Shown piece after piece: positions 1 to 10,596 of a DNA stretch of 59,632 nt. How positions within the stretch are numbered: position 1 is the first letter of the stretch; every line of letters begins with the position of its first letter. Under the pieces are notes generated by a model that was not told where the DNA came from, did not search any database, and was given only the letters and a program-made list of their open reading frames with translations. The position numbers were made by a program, and so were the translations under genes. The stretch lies in assembly GCA_904502155.1 (NCBI GenBank), contig CAJGDV010000001.1:1-59632 (forward strand). The letters run 5' to 3'. Origin of the DNA: an uncultured Bacilli bacterium. Lineage in GTDB: Bacteria > Bacillota_I > Bacilli_A > RF39 > UBA660.

Positions 1-1
1 A

Positions 2-643
2 TCATCTCATAACGTATTAGAATTAGTTAATCATTATAATCATATTTATGGAACAATAGGTATTCATCCTAGTGAAGTAAAAAAATATAAATTAGAAGAT
101 TTAAAAGAAATAGAACAAATGTTAGATAATAAGAAAATTGTCGGTATTGGCGAAATTGGTCTTGATTATTATTGGGATAAAAATAATAAAGAACAACAAA
201 GATTATTTTTCATAGATCAAATTAAATTAGCACAAAAATATAATTTACCAATAGTTATTCATTCAAGAGAAGCAACAGAAGAAACATATGAAATTTTAAA
301 AGAATATTTAAAAGATACTAAAGCTGTTTTACATTGTTATAGTGGTTCTTATGAAATGGCTTTAAAATTTAAAAAATTAGGTGTGAAATTTGGAATAGGT
401 GGAGTAGTAACATTTAAAAATTCTCAAAAACTAAAAGAAGTTGTTGAGAAAATGGAATTAACAGATTTTGTTATTGAAACAGATAGCCCATATTTAACAC
501 CAGAACCTTTTAGAGGAAAAAGAAATGAACCATCTAATGTTAAATATGTTATAAAAGAAATAGCAAAAATCAAAAATTTAGATGAAAAAGAAGTGGAAAA
601 AATTACCACTCAAACTGCAAAAAAATTATTTGACTTAAAGTAA
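2..643 (+). CDS. tatD: TatD-family metal-dependent hydrolase (YabD-like), N-terminus cut by window edge
   Basis: Frame is open from nt 2 (..GTIGIHPSE..). Motifs GEIGLDYYW, VIHSREA, LHCYSGS, ETDSPYLTP. Followed by yabE-like gene and rsmA, as in Bacillus. Confidence 0.9.
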   Translation, partial: SSHNVLELVNHYNHIYGTIGIHPSEVKKYKLEDLKEIEQMLDNKKIVGIGEIGLDYYWDKNNKEQQRLFFIDQIKLAQKYNLPIVIHSREATEETYEILKEYLKDTKAVLHCYSGSYEMALKFKKLGVKFGIGGVVTFKNSQKLKEVVEKMELTDFVIETDSPYLTPEPFRGKRNEPSNVKYVIKEIAKIKNLDEKEVEKITTQTAKKLFDLK

Positions 644-683
644 TATTATGTGTACAATTTAATTGTAAACATGAGGTGTTAAA

Positions 684-1382
684 ATGAATACTATTATCAT
701 AAATTGTTTTGGTAAATTAATAACAATAATAACTGTATTTATTTTATCATTAACTAATTTAGTTAATTTAGATGAATTTAGAGCAGATATAAGAAATAAT
801 GATAAAAATAAAATTTTAAAAGATAAAGAAAAACCTTTAAAATATGAAACAATTAAGGAATACAGTGATAAAGTTCCAAAAGGTATTGAAAACATTAAAA
901 TTAAAGGTGTAAATGGAGTTCTTGTTTTAGATGAAACAGGTGAATATAAAGTTTTTAAAGATAAGATTGATGAAGTTATTGTAATAGGAACAGGTAAAGA
1001 AGGAATATATACTGGTATGATTACTGGATATGGTCCTGATTGTAAAACTTGTGATGGAAGAGGATATGTGAATTGTCCGCTACTTGATGGAACATGGTTT
1101 AGTTTAAGTAATAATGGAATATATTATAATGATTCACAATTTGGTGATGTTCGAATTTTAGCAGCTGATCATAGAGAGTTTCCTTGTGGGACAATAATTG
1201 AAGTTAGTAATGAAAATATTACTGATCCTATAATTGGAATTGTACTTGATACTGGATCGGCAATGAAAAAAGCATACAATAATGGAACAATACATATTGA
1301 TTTAGCTTTTGAAACAGAACAAGGTTTAAAATTTGCAACAAATAAAAATACAAGTTTTGTTGTTCGTCGATGGGGATGGTAA
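684..1382 (+). CDS. 3D-domain (double-psi beta-barrel, YabE/YuiC-like) cell-wall protein with N-terminal membrane anchor
   Basis: GAGGTG RBS. N-terminal hydrophobic helix. C-terminal ILAADHREFPCGTIIEV..GIVLDTGSAM..IDLAFE resembles the 3D domain. Position between tatD and rsmA fits. Confidence 0.75.
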   Translation: MNTIIINCFGKLITIITVFILSLTNLVNLDEFRADIRNNDKNKILKDKEKPLKYETIKEYSDKVPKGIENIKIKGVNGVLVLDETGEYKVFKDKIDEVIVIGTGKEGIYTGMITGYGPDCKTCDGRGYVNCPLLDGTWFSLSNNGIYYNDSQFGDVRILAADHREFPCGTIIEVSNENITDPIIGIVLDTGSAMKKAYNNGTIHIDLAFETEQGLKFATNKNTSFVVRRWGW

Positions 1383-1426
1383 TATCTCCGTTTTTTGTGT
1401 ATAATATAAGTTGATGAGGTGATTAC

Positions 1427-2254
1427 ATGGAATATTCTCCAAAGAAAATGCAAGAAAAAATGAATGAAAATAATTTTGGATTCAAGAAAAAATTTGGTCA
1501 AAATTTTATTATAGATGAAAACATTATTAATGGTATAGTAACAAAAGCAGAGATAGATGATGAAACTTTAGTAATTGAAATAGGCCCAGGAGCAGGTTCG
1601 TTAACTAATGGAATTGCAAAAAAAGCAAAAAATGTATTATGCTATGAAATTGATACTACTCTTGAAAATATGCTTAAAGATAATTTAAAAGAGTATAACA
1701 ATATCGAAATAATTTTTGGGGATTTCTTAAATGCTAATGTTATTGAAGATATAAAAAAATATTCATATAAAAAACTATATGTTGTTGCTAATCTTCCATA
1801 CTATATAACAACACCTATTATTTTAAAATTAATAGAAGATAAAATAATGCCTGACAAAATTGTTGTTATGGTACAAAAAGAAGTGGGAGATAGATTTAAA
1901 GCTAAACCAGGTACAAAAGATTATAGTTCATTATCAGTATATTTAAATTATTATTTCTCAATTACAAAATTAATGGATATTAGTCGTAATGTATTTATGC
2001 CTAGACCAAACGTAGATAGTATTGTTGTTGAATTTAAGAAAATCAATAATAATATCGAACTAAAGGATAAAGATGTATTTTTTAAATTAGTTCGTGATAG
2101 TTTTGTTCAAAAAAGAAAAACATTAAGAAATAATTTAAAAAATTATGATCTTAATAAAATAGAAGAAGTATTAAAAAAACATAATTTTGATTTATCTGTT
2201 CGTGCTGAACAACTTTCAATTGAAATTTTTGCTGAAATATCAAATAATTTATGA
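1427..2254 (+). CDS. rsmA: 16S rRNA (adenine1518/1519-N6)-dimethyltransferase
   Basis: FGQNFI, EIGPGAGSLT SAM motif, ANLPYYITTPI. Confidence 0.95.
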   Translation: MEYSPKKMQEKMNENNFGFKKKFGQNFIIDENIINGIVTKAEIDDETLVIEIGPGAGSLTNGIAKKAKNVLCYEIDTTLENMLKDNLKEYNNIEIIFGDFLNANVIEDIKKYSYKKLYVVANLPYYITTPIILKLIEDKIMPDKIVVMVQKEVGDRFKAKPGTKDYSSLSVYLNYYFSITKLMDISRNVFMPRPNVDSIVVEFKKINNNIELKDKDVFFKLVRDSFVQKRKTLRNNLKNYDLNKIEEVLKKHNFDLSVRAEQLSIEIFAEISNNL

Positions 2255-2904
2255 TAATCACAAAAAAATGGGATGAAATTTTAAAAGCAGAAATAGAAAA
2301 AGATTATTTTCTAAAGATGCTTAAACAGCTAGAAATAGAATATCAAAATAATATAGTTTTTCCACAAAAAGAAGAAATTTTTAATGCCTTTCGTCTTACA
2401 GATTATGATAATTTAAAAGTTGTTATTTTAGGTCAAGATCCGTATCATGGAGAAGGTGAAGCAGAAGGATTAGCTTTTTCGGTTAAAGAAAATATAAAAA
2501 GACCACCATCATTAAGAAATATCTTTAAAGAAATTAAAAACGATTTAAATATTGATAGAGAAAATAATTCTTTAAAAGATTGGGCATCACAAGGTGTTTT
2601 ATTACTTAATGCTATTTTAACAGTACAAAAAGATACACCATTAAGTCATAAACATTTAGGATGGGAATTGTTTACTGATGAAGTTATTAAAACAATAGAT
2701 AAAAAAGATACGCCTGTAGTATTTATATTATGGGGAAATTATGCTAAATCTAAAAAAGCATTAATTACAAATAAAAAACATTATATAATTGAAGGATCAC
2801 ATCCTTCTCCATTTTCAGCTAATAGGGGATTCTTTGGTACAAAACCATTTTCAAAAACCAATGAGTTTTTAGAAAAAAATAATATAGAAGGAATTAGGTG
2901 GTAA
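2251..2904 (+). CDS. ung: uracil-DNA glycosylase
   Basis: GQDPYH catalytic motif and HPSPFSA near the C-terminus. ATGA overlap with rsmA stop. Confidence 0.95.
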   Translation: MIITKKWDEILKAEIEKDYFLKMLKQLEIEYQNNIVFPQKEEIFNAFRLTDYDNLKVVILGQDPYHGEGEAEGLAFSVKENIKRPPSLRNIFKEIKNDLNIDRENNSLKDWASQGVLLLNAILTVQKDTPLSHKHLGWELFTDEVIKTIDKKDTPVVFILWGNYAKSKKALITNKKHYIIEGSHPSPFSANRGFFGTKPFSKTNEFLEKNNIEGIRW

Positions 2905-2905
2905 T

Positions 2906-4234
2906 ATGGAAGAAGCATATCAATATTTATTAAATAATATAAGAATAAAATATGGTGATGCAGTAGTTGTAGGAGTGTCAGGTGGACCAGATTCAATGGC
3001 TTTACTTCATATTGTTTCTAGATTGAAAAAAGCGCTTGATATTGAAGTTATTTGTGCTCATGTAAATCATAATACAGGTAGACCAGGTCAATATGAAGAA
3101 CAAAAATTTGTAGAATCTTATTGTAAAAAAAATAAAATTATTTTTGAAACAATGACAATTGATGATTATGGAGATGATAATTTTCATAATGAGGCTCATA
3201 GTAAAAGATATAGATTTTTCGGTGATTTAGTTAAACAACATAATGCAGCATATTTATTAACAGCTCATCATGGTGATGATTTAATGGAAACTATATTAAT
3301 GAGAATTGTACGTGGTTCAACATTAAGAGGATATAGTGGTTTTTCAAAAGTTATTGATAAAGGTAGTTATAAAATTATAAGACCTCTTATTGAAATTACA
3401 AAAGATGAAATTTTAGAATATAATAAAAAACATAAAATAAAATATGCTTTAGATAGTTCAAATACTAAAGATGTATATACAAGAAATAGATTTAGAAAGT
3501 ATATAGTTCCGCAATTTAAAAAAGAGGAACCTAATGTTCATCAAAAATTTTATAAATTTAGTAAAACTTTATTAGAATACAATAATTATATTGATAAAGT
3601 TGTTGAAACTAAAATTAATTCAATATATCCACAAGATGTGTTAAATATAGAAAAGTTTTTAAAAGAAGATAAAGTTATACAAATGAAAATTATATACTAT
3701 ATTTTAGAAAAAAATTATCAAGATGATTTAATGCTTGTTAGCGATAAACATGCTGAAATACTTTTAGATGTAATTCATTCTAAGAGAGCTAATGTTATAG
3801 TTCATTTACCTAATAATATGCAAGCTGTAAAAACTTATAACAATTTAGTTATTGGGGCACTTGATAAAAAGAAAAATGATTATAATATTGAACTTAATAA
3901 ATTTATAAATTTACCAAATGGAAAAAATATAGAAGTAGTAACTGATTCTGATTTAAATAATAATTTCGTATGTCGTTTAAATTCAAAAGAAATTAAATTA
4001 CCACTTCATGTTCGAACAAGACTAGATGGTGATAAAATTAGCATTAAAGGCATGATTGGAAGAAAAAAAATAAAGGATATATTTATAGATGAAAAAATTT
4101 CAATTTATGAAAGAGAACTTTGGCCTATCGTTACAGATAGCGAGGGTACTATTATTTGGCTTCCAGGTCTTAAAAAATCTAAATTTGATAAAACAAAAGA
4201 CGAAAATTATGATATAATACTAAGGTATTACTAA
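2906..4234 (+). CDS. tilS: tRNA(Ile)-lysidine synthase
   Basis: PP-loop GVSGGPDS. Length and C-terminal domain are typical. Immediately upstream of ftsH. Confidence 0.9.
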   Translation: MEEAYQYLLNNIRIKYGDAVVVGVSGGPDSMALLHIVSRLKKALDIEVICAHVNHNTGRPGQYEEQKFVESYCKKNKIIFETMTIDDYGDDNFHNEAHSKRYRFFGDLVKQHNAAYLLTAHHGDDLMETILMRIVRGSTLRGYSGFSKVIDKGSYKIIRPLIEITKDEILEYNKKHKIKYALDSSNTKDVYTRNRFRKYIVPQFKKEEPNVHQKFYKFSKTLLEYNNYIDKVVETKINSIYPQDVLNIEKFLKEDKVIQMKIIYYILEKNYQDDLMLVSDKHAEILLDVIHSKRANVIVHLPNNMQAVKTYNNLVIGALDKKKNDYNIELNKFINLPNGKNIEVVTDSDLNNNFVCRLNSKEIKLPLHVRTRLDGDKISIKGMIGRKKIKDIFIDEKISIYERELWPIVTDSEGTIIWLPGLKKSKFDKTKDENYDIILRYY

Positions 4235-4248
4235 GGAGGAAGAGATAA

Positions 4249-6240
4249 ATGAATAAAAAAAATATGAAAAATGGATTTGTTCCATATCTAACACTACTAT
4301 GTGTTATGATTGGTATATTATTTTTCGTAAAAATCTTAGATAATGACACTCATGTTTTAACTTACAATGAATTTGTAAAAGCAGTTAAAAAAGGTGATGT
4401 TGAAACAGTTTATATTGCACCACAATCTAGTGCTGGTGTATATACAATAACAGGACAAATGAAAGATTATAAAGATAATGAAACTTATTATTTAAGAGTT
4501 CCATTAACTGATAAATCTATGTCATTAATTTATGATTACCAAGAAAAATATAAATTTGAATTAGACACAAGTTCTGATCCTGAATCAGGAGTATTATTAA
4601 CATTTTTAGTTAATTTCCTTCCAACAATTTTATTAGTAGCATTTGCTTTCTATTTCTTAACAAGACAAGTAAATTCTAATAAATCAATGGATTTTGGTAA
4701 AAGTAGAGCAAAACTTATGAATGGTGAAGGAAAAGTTACATTCGATGATGTTGCAGGATTAAACGAAGAAAAAGAAGAAGTAAAGGAATTAATCGATTTC
4801 TTAAAAAATCCAAAAAGATTCCAAGAAATGGGTGCTAGAATTCCAAAAGGTGTATTATTAGTTGGTCCACCAGGAACAGGTAAAACATTATTAGCTAAAT
4901 CTGTTGCAGGTGAAGCTAATGTACCATTCTACTATATAAGTGGTTCTGATTTCGTTGAATTATTCGTAGGGGTAGGTGCTTCTCGTGTAAGAGATATGTT
5001 TAAACAAGCTAAACAAACAGCCCCATGTTTAATATTTATTGATGAAATCGATGCTGTTGGTAGACAAAGAGGAACTGGTTTAGGTGGAGGACATGATGAA
5101 CGTGAACAAACATTAAACCAATTACTTACTGAAATGGATGGATTTGGAGCTAATGAAGGAATTATTATTTTAGCTGCAACAAATAGACCTGATGTTCTTG
5201 ACCCAGCATTATTAAGACCAGGAAGATTTGATAGACAAGTAACAGTTAATCTTCCAGACGTTAAAGGTAGAGAAGAAATTCTTGCTGTACATGCTAAAGG
5301 TAAAACTTTCGCAAAAGGTGTTAGTTTTAAAAATATTGCAAAACGTACAGTTGGATTAAGTGGTGCAGATCTTGAAAACTTATTAAATGAAGCTGCATTA
5401 TTATGTGTAAGAAGAAATAAAAAACAAATTACTATGGCTGAAATTGATGAAGCACATGATAGAGTATTAATGGGGCCTGCTAAAGTATCTCATAAATATA
5501 CTGAACATGAAAAACGTGTTGTTGCATATCATGAAGCAGGACATGCAGTTTTAGGTATTAAATTAGATGGTGCTAATGAAGTACAAAAAATTACTATCAT
5601 ACCTAGAGGTAATGCCGGTGGATATAATTTAATGCTTCCAAGAGAAGAAACATATTTATCAACTAAAACACAATTAACAGAAACAATTTGTGGTTTATTA
5701 GGAGGACGTTGTGCTGAAGAAATTATTTTCAACGAAGTTACAACAGGAGCTCATAATGATTTTGAAAAAGCTACAAAAATAGCACGTGCTATGGTTACTG
5801 AATATGGTATGAGTGAATTAGGACCTATTCAATTCGAACATCAAGAATCAAGTGTATTCTTAGGAAGAGATTATAACAAAAGTAAAAACTTCTCTAGTCA
5901 AGTAGCATTTGAAATTGATCAAGAAATGAGAAAAATTATTGATGAATGTTATAAAAGAACTCTTAAGACATTAAAAGATAATAAAAAATTATTAGATTTA
6001 ATTGCTGAATCATTATTAAAACATGAAACATTAACAAAAGAACAAATTGAATATCTTGTTGCTAATGGATGCATGCCAGATGATGACAATGAAATTGATG
6101 AAAGTGATTTTAAAGAAGTTTCTTTAAGTGACTTATCTATTGAAGAATTAAAAGAACTTGCAAGAGAAAAAGGTATTAAAGGAACATCTAAAATGTCTAA
6201 AGAAGAATTAGAACAAAAAATAAATGAAAAAGATGCGTAA
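4249..6240 (+). CDS. ftsH: ATP-dependent zinc metalloprotease FtsH with C-terminal Rho_N/SAP-like tail
   Basis: Two TM helices, Walker A GPPGTGKT, zinc motif HEAGHA. Extra tail [30 protein letters not shown]. Confidence 0.97.
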   Translation: MNKKNMKNGFVPYLTLLCVMIGILFFVKILDNDTHVLTYNEFVKAVKKGDVETVYIAPQSSAGVYTITGQMKDYKDNETYYLRVPLTDKSMSLIYDYQEKYKFELDTSSDPESGVLLTFLVNFLPTILLVAFAFYFLTRQVNSNKSMDFGKSRAKLMNGEGKVTFDDVAGLNEEKEEVKELIDFLKNPKRFQEMGARIPKGVLLVGPPGTGKTLLAKSVAGEANVPFYYISGSDFVELFVGVGASRVRDMFKQAKQTAPCLIFIDEIDAVGRQRGTGLGGGHDEREQTLNQLLTEMDGFGANEGIIILAATNRPDVLDPALLRPGRFDRQVTVNLPDVKGREEILAVHAKGKTFAKGVSFKNIAKRTVGLSGADLENLLNEAALLCVRRNKKQITMAEIDEAHDRVLMGPAKVSHKYTEHEKRVVAYHEAGHAVLGIKLDGANEVQKITIIPRGNAGGYNLMLPREETYLSTKTQLTETICGLLGGRCAEEIIFNEVTTGAHNDFEKATKIARAMVTEYGMSELGPIQFEHQESSVFLGRDYNKSKNFSSQVAFEIDQEMRKIIDECYKRTLKTLKDNKKLLDLIAESLLKHETLTKEQIEYLVANGCMPDDDNEIDESDFKEVSLSDLSIEELKELAREKGIKGTSKMSKEELEQKINEKDA

Positions 6241-6257
6241 GTTAGCATCTTTTTTTC
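6229..6257 (+). terminator. intrinsic terminator after ftsH
   Basis: aaagatgc / gcatcttt stem followed by a T-run. Confidence 0.7.
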
Positions 6258-6350
6258 TATATTCATAAAATTATAGCAATAGTTTAATTTTTATGTTAAA
6301 ATATAAATGTATAATTAAGAATTTAAAATGGTAGAAAATGGTGAGACAAG

Positions 6351-7136
6351 ATGGGGAAGGTTATAGCTTTAGTTAACCAAAAAGGTGGAGTTGGAAAAAC
6401 AACATCTAGTATAAATTTGGCAGCTTCGTTAGGAGTTTTGAAAAGAAAGGTTTTATTAGTTGACTTAGATCCGCAAGGGAACTGTACAACTGGATTAGGT
6501 ATTTCAAAAGTTGATTATAAGAATAGTGTTTATGAATTAATGCTTGATTTAGCAACACTTGAAGAAACAATTATAAAAACTAAATTTAAAAATTTATCAA
6601 TAATTCCAGCAACAATCAATTTAGCAGGTATTGATTATGAACTTATAGAAAAAAGTAGAAATGATCCTAATTTTAATAGAGGGGCACAATTAAAAAAATA
6701 TTTAGATCAAGCTAAGGAAAAATTTGACTATATAATTATTGATTGTCCACCTAGCTTAGGTTCATTAACTACAAATGCTTTAACAGCAGCAAATTCAGTT
6801 TTAATACCAGTTCAATGTGAGTTTTTTGCACTTGAAGGAATTGCACAACTTGTAAATACAATTCTAATGGCACAAAAAAATCTTAATCCTGAGTTATCAA
6901 TAGAGGGTGTATTATTAACAATGCTTGATAGTAGAACATGTCTAGGATTAGAAGTAGTAGAAGACATTAGAAGTTATTTTAATGAAAGTGTTTATGATAC
7001 TATTATTCCAAGATTAGTAAAAATATCTGAAGCACCAAGTCATGGTAAACCAATAATTTATTATGCATCAGATCATAAAGGAGCTGAAGCATACCTAAGT
7101 TTAGCGAAGGAAGTGATTATGAGAAATGGAAAATAG
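6351..7136 (+). CDS. soj: ParA/Soj chromosome partitioning ATPase
   Basis: Deviant Walker A NQKGGVGKTT. Followed by parB. Confidence 0.93.
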   Translation: MGKVIALVNQKGGVGKTTSSINLAASLGVLKRKVLLVDLDPQGNCTTGLGISKVDYKNSVYELMLDLATLEETIIKTKFKNLSIIPATINLAGIDYELIEKSRNDPNFNRGAQLKKYLDQAKEKFDYIIIDCPPSLGSLTTNALTAANSVLIPVQCEFFALEGIAQLVNTILMAQKNLNPELSIEGVLLTMLDSRTCLGLEVVEDIRSYFNESVYDTIIPRLVKISEAPSHGKPIIYYASDHKGAEAYLSLAKEVIMRNGK

Positions 7137-8022
7137 AAATATGGATTCAAGAAAAAGAGCATTAGGTAGAGGATTAGAACAATTATTTAATACTGAAAAT
7201 TTAGATATGAATAATTTCGAAAAACAAATCTATGATACTGCAACTAATGAAGAAATAATTAATATTAATTTAAATGAGTTAAGAGTAAATCCTTATCAAC
7301 CTAGAAAAAATTTTGATGAAGAAGCATTACAAGAATTATCAAACTCAATTAAAGAACATGGTGTTTTTCAACCAATTATTGTTAAAAAAAGTATAAAAGG
7401 TTATGAAATTATTGCTGGGGAAAGAAGATTTAGAGCATCTAAATTAGCAGGTAAAGAAACTATTCCAGCAATTGTAAGAGCGTTTACTGATGAACAAATG
7501 ATGGAAATAGCACTACTTGAAAATTTACAAAGAGAAAATTTAAGTGCTATTGAAGAAGCTATTGCTTACAAATCAATGATTGAAAAATTAAATTTAACAC
7601 AAGAAGAACTTTCAAAAAAAGTTGGAAAGAGTAGAAGTCATATTACAAATATTTTAGGACTTTTAAGATTGCCTACTGAAGTTCAAACAATGATTTCAAA
7701 AAAAGAAATTACAATGGGACATGCTAGAGCAATTAGTAAATTAGAATCAAGTGATGAAATGATATCACTTGCTAATCAAATAGTTGAAGGAAAAATTCCT
7801 GTAAGAGAAACTGAAAGAATTACTAATGATCAAGAAATGGTTAAAAAAGTAGTTCAAGTAAGAAAACCAAAAGAACAAAATAATAATTACAAATATGTTG
7901 AAGATTTATTAAGAGAAAAATTAGATACAAAAATTAAAATTTCTGATAAAAAAATTGAAATCAGTTTTAATAATGTAAATGATTTGAATCGTATTTTAGA
8001 AATATTAAATGTAAAGGAGTAA
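7126..8022 (+). CDS. parB: ParB/Spo0J partition protein
   Basis: LGRGL, IIAGERRFRA, HTH region. Start could instead be ATG 7141. Confidence 0.92.
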   Translation: MENRNMDSRKRALGRGLEQLFNTENLDMNNFEKQIYDTATNEEIININLNELRVNPYQPRKNFDEEALQELSNSIKEHGVFQPIIVKKSIKGYEIIAGERRFRASKLAGKETIPAIVRAFTDEQMMEIALLENLQRENLSAIEEAIAYKSMIEKLNLTQEELSKKVGKSRSHITNILGLLRLPTEVQTMISKKEITMGHARAISKLESSDEMISLANQIVEGKIPVRETERITNDQEMVKKVVQVRKPKEQNNNYKYVEDLLREKLDTKIKISDKKIEISFNNVNDLNRILEILNVKE

Positions 8023-8026
8023 TTAT

Positions 8027-8821
8027 ATGATTGAAAAAATTTTTATGAAAGAAATTATGGGACCAATTATAATTGTATTTATTGCCATAATTTCATATGC
8101 TATTTCAAAAAAAGTAATTAAAAGAATTTTTAAATTAAAAGTAAAAGGTGTAGACTTAAATAGAAAAAAAACTATTATGCTACTATTTACAAATGTTACA
8201 AAATTTTTTATAATAGCAATTGCGCTAATAACAATTTTAGAAATTTATGGTTTTGATACAAAATCATTATTAGCATCTCTAGGGGTATTCACTGCTGTTG
8301 CAGCATTAGCTCTTCAAGATTTATTAAAAGACTTTGTTGCTGGTATTTCTTTGATGTTAGAAGGACAATTTCAAATTGGAGATAATATAACTGTTGGTGG
8401 ATATAGAGGAGAAGTTATTTCATTAACTTTAAAATCTACTAGAATCAAAGCATATACAGGTGAAATCAAAATTATTGCTAACCGTGAAATTACACAAGTT
8501 ATAAATCATACATTAGATAGTTCATTAGCAATCGTTGATGTTAATGTAGCTTATGATTCAAATATTGAAAAAGTAGAAAAAGTACTTACTGATTTATGCG
8601 AAAGATTAACAAATGAATTAGAATTTTTAAGAGGAAATGTTGAATTACTAGGAATTAGTGCATTAGGAGAAAGTGCAATTACATTTAGAATGACTGCAGA
8701 AACAGAAGTAATGAAACATTATGGAATTCAAAGAAAAATTTTAAGAGAAGTAAAATTAGAATTTGATAAACACAAAATTACAATTCCATTCCCACAAGTG
8801 GTGGTGCACAATGCAAAATAA
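8027..8821 (+). CDS. small-conductance mechanosensitive channel (MscS family)
   Basis: Three N-terminal TM helices followed by an MscS beta-domain-like GDNITVGGYRGEVISLTLKSTRI. Confidence 0.85.
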   Translation: MIEKIFMKEIMGPIIIVFIAIISYAISKKVIKRIFKLKVKGVDLNRKKTIMLLFTNVTKFFIIAIALITILEIYGFDTKSLLASLGVFTAVAALALQDLLKDFVAGISLMLEGQFQIGDNITVGGYRGEVISLTLKSTRIKAYTGEIKIIANREITQVINHTLDSSLAIVDVNVAYDSNIEKVEKVLTDLCERLTNELEFLRGNVELLGISALGESAITFRMTAETEVMKHYGIQRKILREVKLEFDKHKITIPFPQVVVHNAK

Positions 8822-8999
8822 TGAATACAAATTAGGAAGCAAAGTCATCATGAAAAAACAACACCCATGTGGAACAAATGAATGGGAGATTATCCGTGTT
8901 GGTGCAGATATCAAAATTAAATGCATACACTGCGGAAGAAGTATTATGATCCCTAGAGTAGATTTTAATAAAAAACTTAAAAAAGTTATAAGTTACTAG
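8811..8999 (+). CDS. DUF951 (YyzM-like) small protein
   Basis: HPCG..W.I.R.GADIKIKC..CGR pattern. I prefer ATG 8811 over the ORF-track start 8763, which runs inside the mscS-like gene. Same position as yyzM upstream of ychF in Bacillus. Confidence 0.7.
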   Translation: MQNNEYKLGSKVIMKKQHPCGTNEWEIIRVGADIKIKCIHCGRSIMIPRVDFNKKLKKVISY

Positions 9000-9007
9000 G
9001 AGGCTTT

Positions 9008-10522
9008 ATGAGAAATAAATTTAAGAATAAAAAAATGCTCGGCCCCGTAATAACAATGATTATATTAATAGCTATCGTGATATTTCTAAGTGCCTTTTGT
9101 TCTTTAATTGAACTTGATGCAGAAAGAACAGAAATAGTTAGAGGTACATTAGAAACAAGTTTAATAACAGTAAACAATGTTCTAACTAAAGATGGTATTA
9201 GATTTGTAATAGGAAATGTTGTAACTTCATTACAAACTTTTGAACCATTATATTTATTAATTTTATCTTTAATTGCCATTAGTATTGGTGAAGCAAGTGG
9301 ATTATTTAAAGCTATCTTTACTCCATGTAATAAAATTAATCATAAGTTTTTAACATTTTTAACATTGTTATGTGGTATAGTTTCTTCGTTGATTGGAGAA
9401 TACTCATATGTATTTTTAATACCAATTGTAGCTATTATGTATAAATATGCTGGAAGAAAACCTCTTCTTGGTATATTTACAATATTTATTGGTATAACAA
9501 TGGGTTACGGAACTGGTTTTATTTATAATAATGAAGAAATCATACTTAGTGGATTAACAGAAAAAGCAGCTTCATTAGAAGTAGATAAGAATTTTACTTA
9601 TATGCTAAAATCAAATATGTATATAATGTTTGTTAGTACATTCGTACTTGCAATAATTGGAACTGGAATTATTCATGGTTTATTAGAAAAACGTGTTCCA
9701 AAAAGTAACTTGCCAGATGACGAATTAGTAATATCAAAGAAAGCATTATATTATAGTAATTTAGCATTAGTTATTATGTTAGTTGTCTTAATATATATGT
9801 TAATACCAGGATTAAAAGGTTCAGGATTTTTATTAGGTGAAGGTTCATCATATGTAGAAAAATTATTTGGTGAAACATCAACATTTAATTCTGGATTAAC
9901 AATAATAATCCTTGGAATATTAATGGTATGTGGATACATATATGGTAAGATATCAGGGAATATAAAAAATAGTACAGATTATAGTGTTGGACTATCAAAA
10001 AACTTTGAAGATTTAGGATATGTATTTGTATTACTATTCTTTACTTCACAATTAATATCAATATTTGAATGGACTAATCTAGGACAAGTATTATGTAGTA
10101 AATTAATTTCATTAATTACAGTATTACCTTTCTCAGGTATACCATTATTAATAACTTTCTTTATTAGCATAATATTTATGACATTATTAATTCCATCTGC
10201 AATTACTAAATGGGAATTAGCATCACCATTATTAGTACCACTATTAATGAGATCTAATATGACACCTAATTTCACACAATTCATTTTTAGAGCAGCTGAT
10301 GGTATTGGTAAATGTTTTACTCCATTATTTGCATATTATGCTGTACTATTAGGATTTTTAGAAAAATATAACACAAAAGAAAATAATAAAATAACTGTGT
10401 TTGGTACATTAAGACTTTTAATGCCTACATTATTATCTTTTGTACTAGTATGGTTTGTTATTATATTAGGTTGGTTTATTTTAGGTCTTCCTTTAGGTCC
10501 TGAAGTACTTTCAACATACTAA
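9008..10522 (+). CDS. AbgT-family (aminobenzoyl-glutamate-type) transporter
   Basis: About 500 aa and polytopic. The N-terminal pattern (..DGIRFVIGNVVTSLQTFEPLYLLILSLIAISIGEASGL) resembles the AbgT family. Confidence 0.7.
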   Translation: MRNKFKNKKMLGPVITMIILIAIVIFLSAFCSLIELDAERTEIVRGTLETSLITVNNVLTKDGIRFVIGNVVTSLQTFEPLYLLILSLIAISIGEASGLFKAIFTPCNKINHKFLTFLTLLCGIVSSLIGEYSYVFLIPIVAIMYKYAGRKPLLGIFTIFIGITMGYGTGFIYNNEEIILSGLTEKAASLEVDKNFTYMLKSNMYIMFVSTFVLAIIGTGIIHGLLEKRVPKSNLPDDELVISKKALYYSNLALVIMLVVLIYMLIPGLKGSGFLLGEGSSYVEKLFGETSTFNSGLTIIILGILMVCGYIYGKISGNIKNSTDYSVGLSKNFEDLGYVFVLLFFTSQLISIFEWTNLGQVLCSKLISLITVLPFSGIPLLITFFISIIFMTLLIPSAITKWELASPLLVPLLMRSNMTPNFTQFIFRAADGIGKCFTPLFAYYAVLLGFLEKYNTKENNKITVFGTLRLLMPTLLSFVLVWFVIILGWFILGLPLGPEVLSTY

Positions 10523-10547
10523 AAGATGATTATTCATCTTTTTCTTT
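10523..10547 (+). terminator. intrinsic terminator after transporter gene
   Basis: aagatga-ttat-tcatctt hairpin followed by Ts. Confidence 0.65.
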
Positions 10548-10596
10548 GCATTTTTTTAATTAATTATGTATAATAAAAACGAAATGAGGAATGATT

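Noticed and set aside
6351-8022. Looked for a parS site (TGTTNCACGTGAAACA-like) in and around soj-parB.
   Set aside because: I could not find a CACGTG core with the right flanks there. The only CACGT-containing sites I noticed (about 27047 and 28838) sit in adk and rpsK and do not match the flanks.
8763-8810. N-terminal extensions given by the ORF track for the DUF951 gene. The same applies to rplP (20718), rplX (22077), ychF (10591), the uracil permease (40202), the RluA-family gene (39373) and the WXG gene (53765).
   Set aside because: The extensions lie inside the preceding gene or lack RBS spacing. Internal ATGs with proper Shine-Dalgarno spacing give N-termini that match the conserved families.
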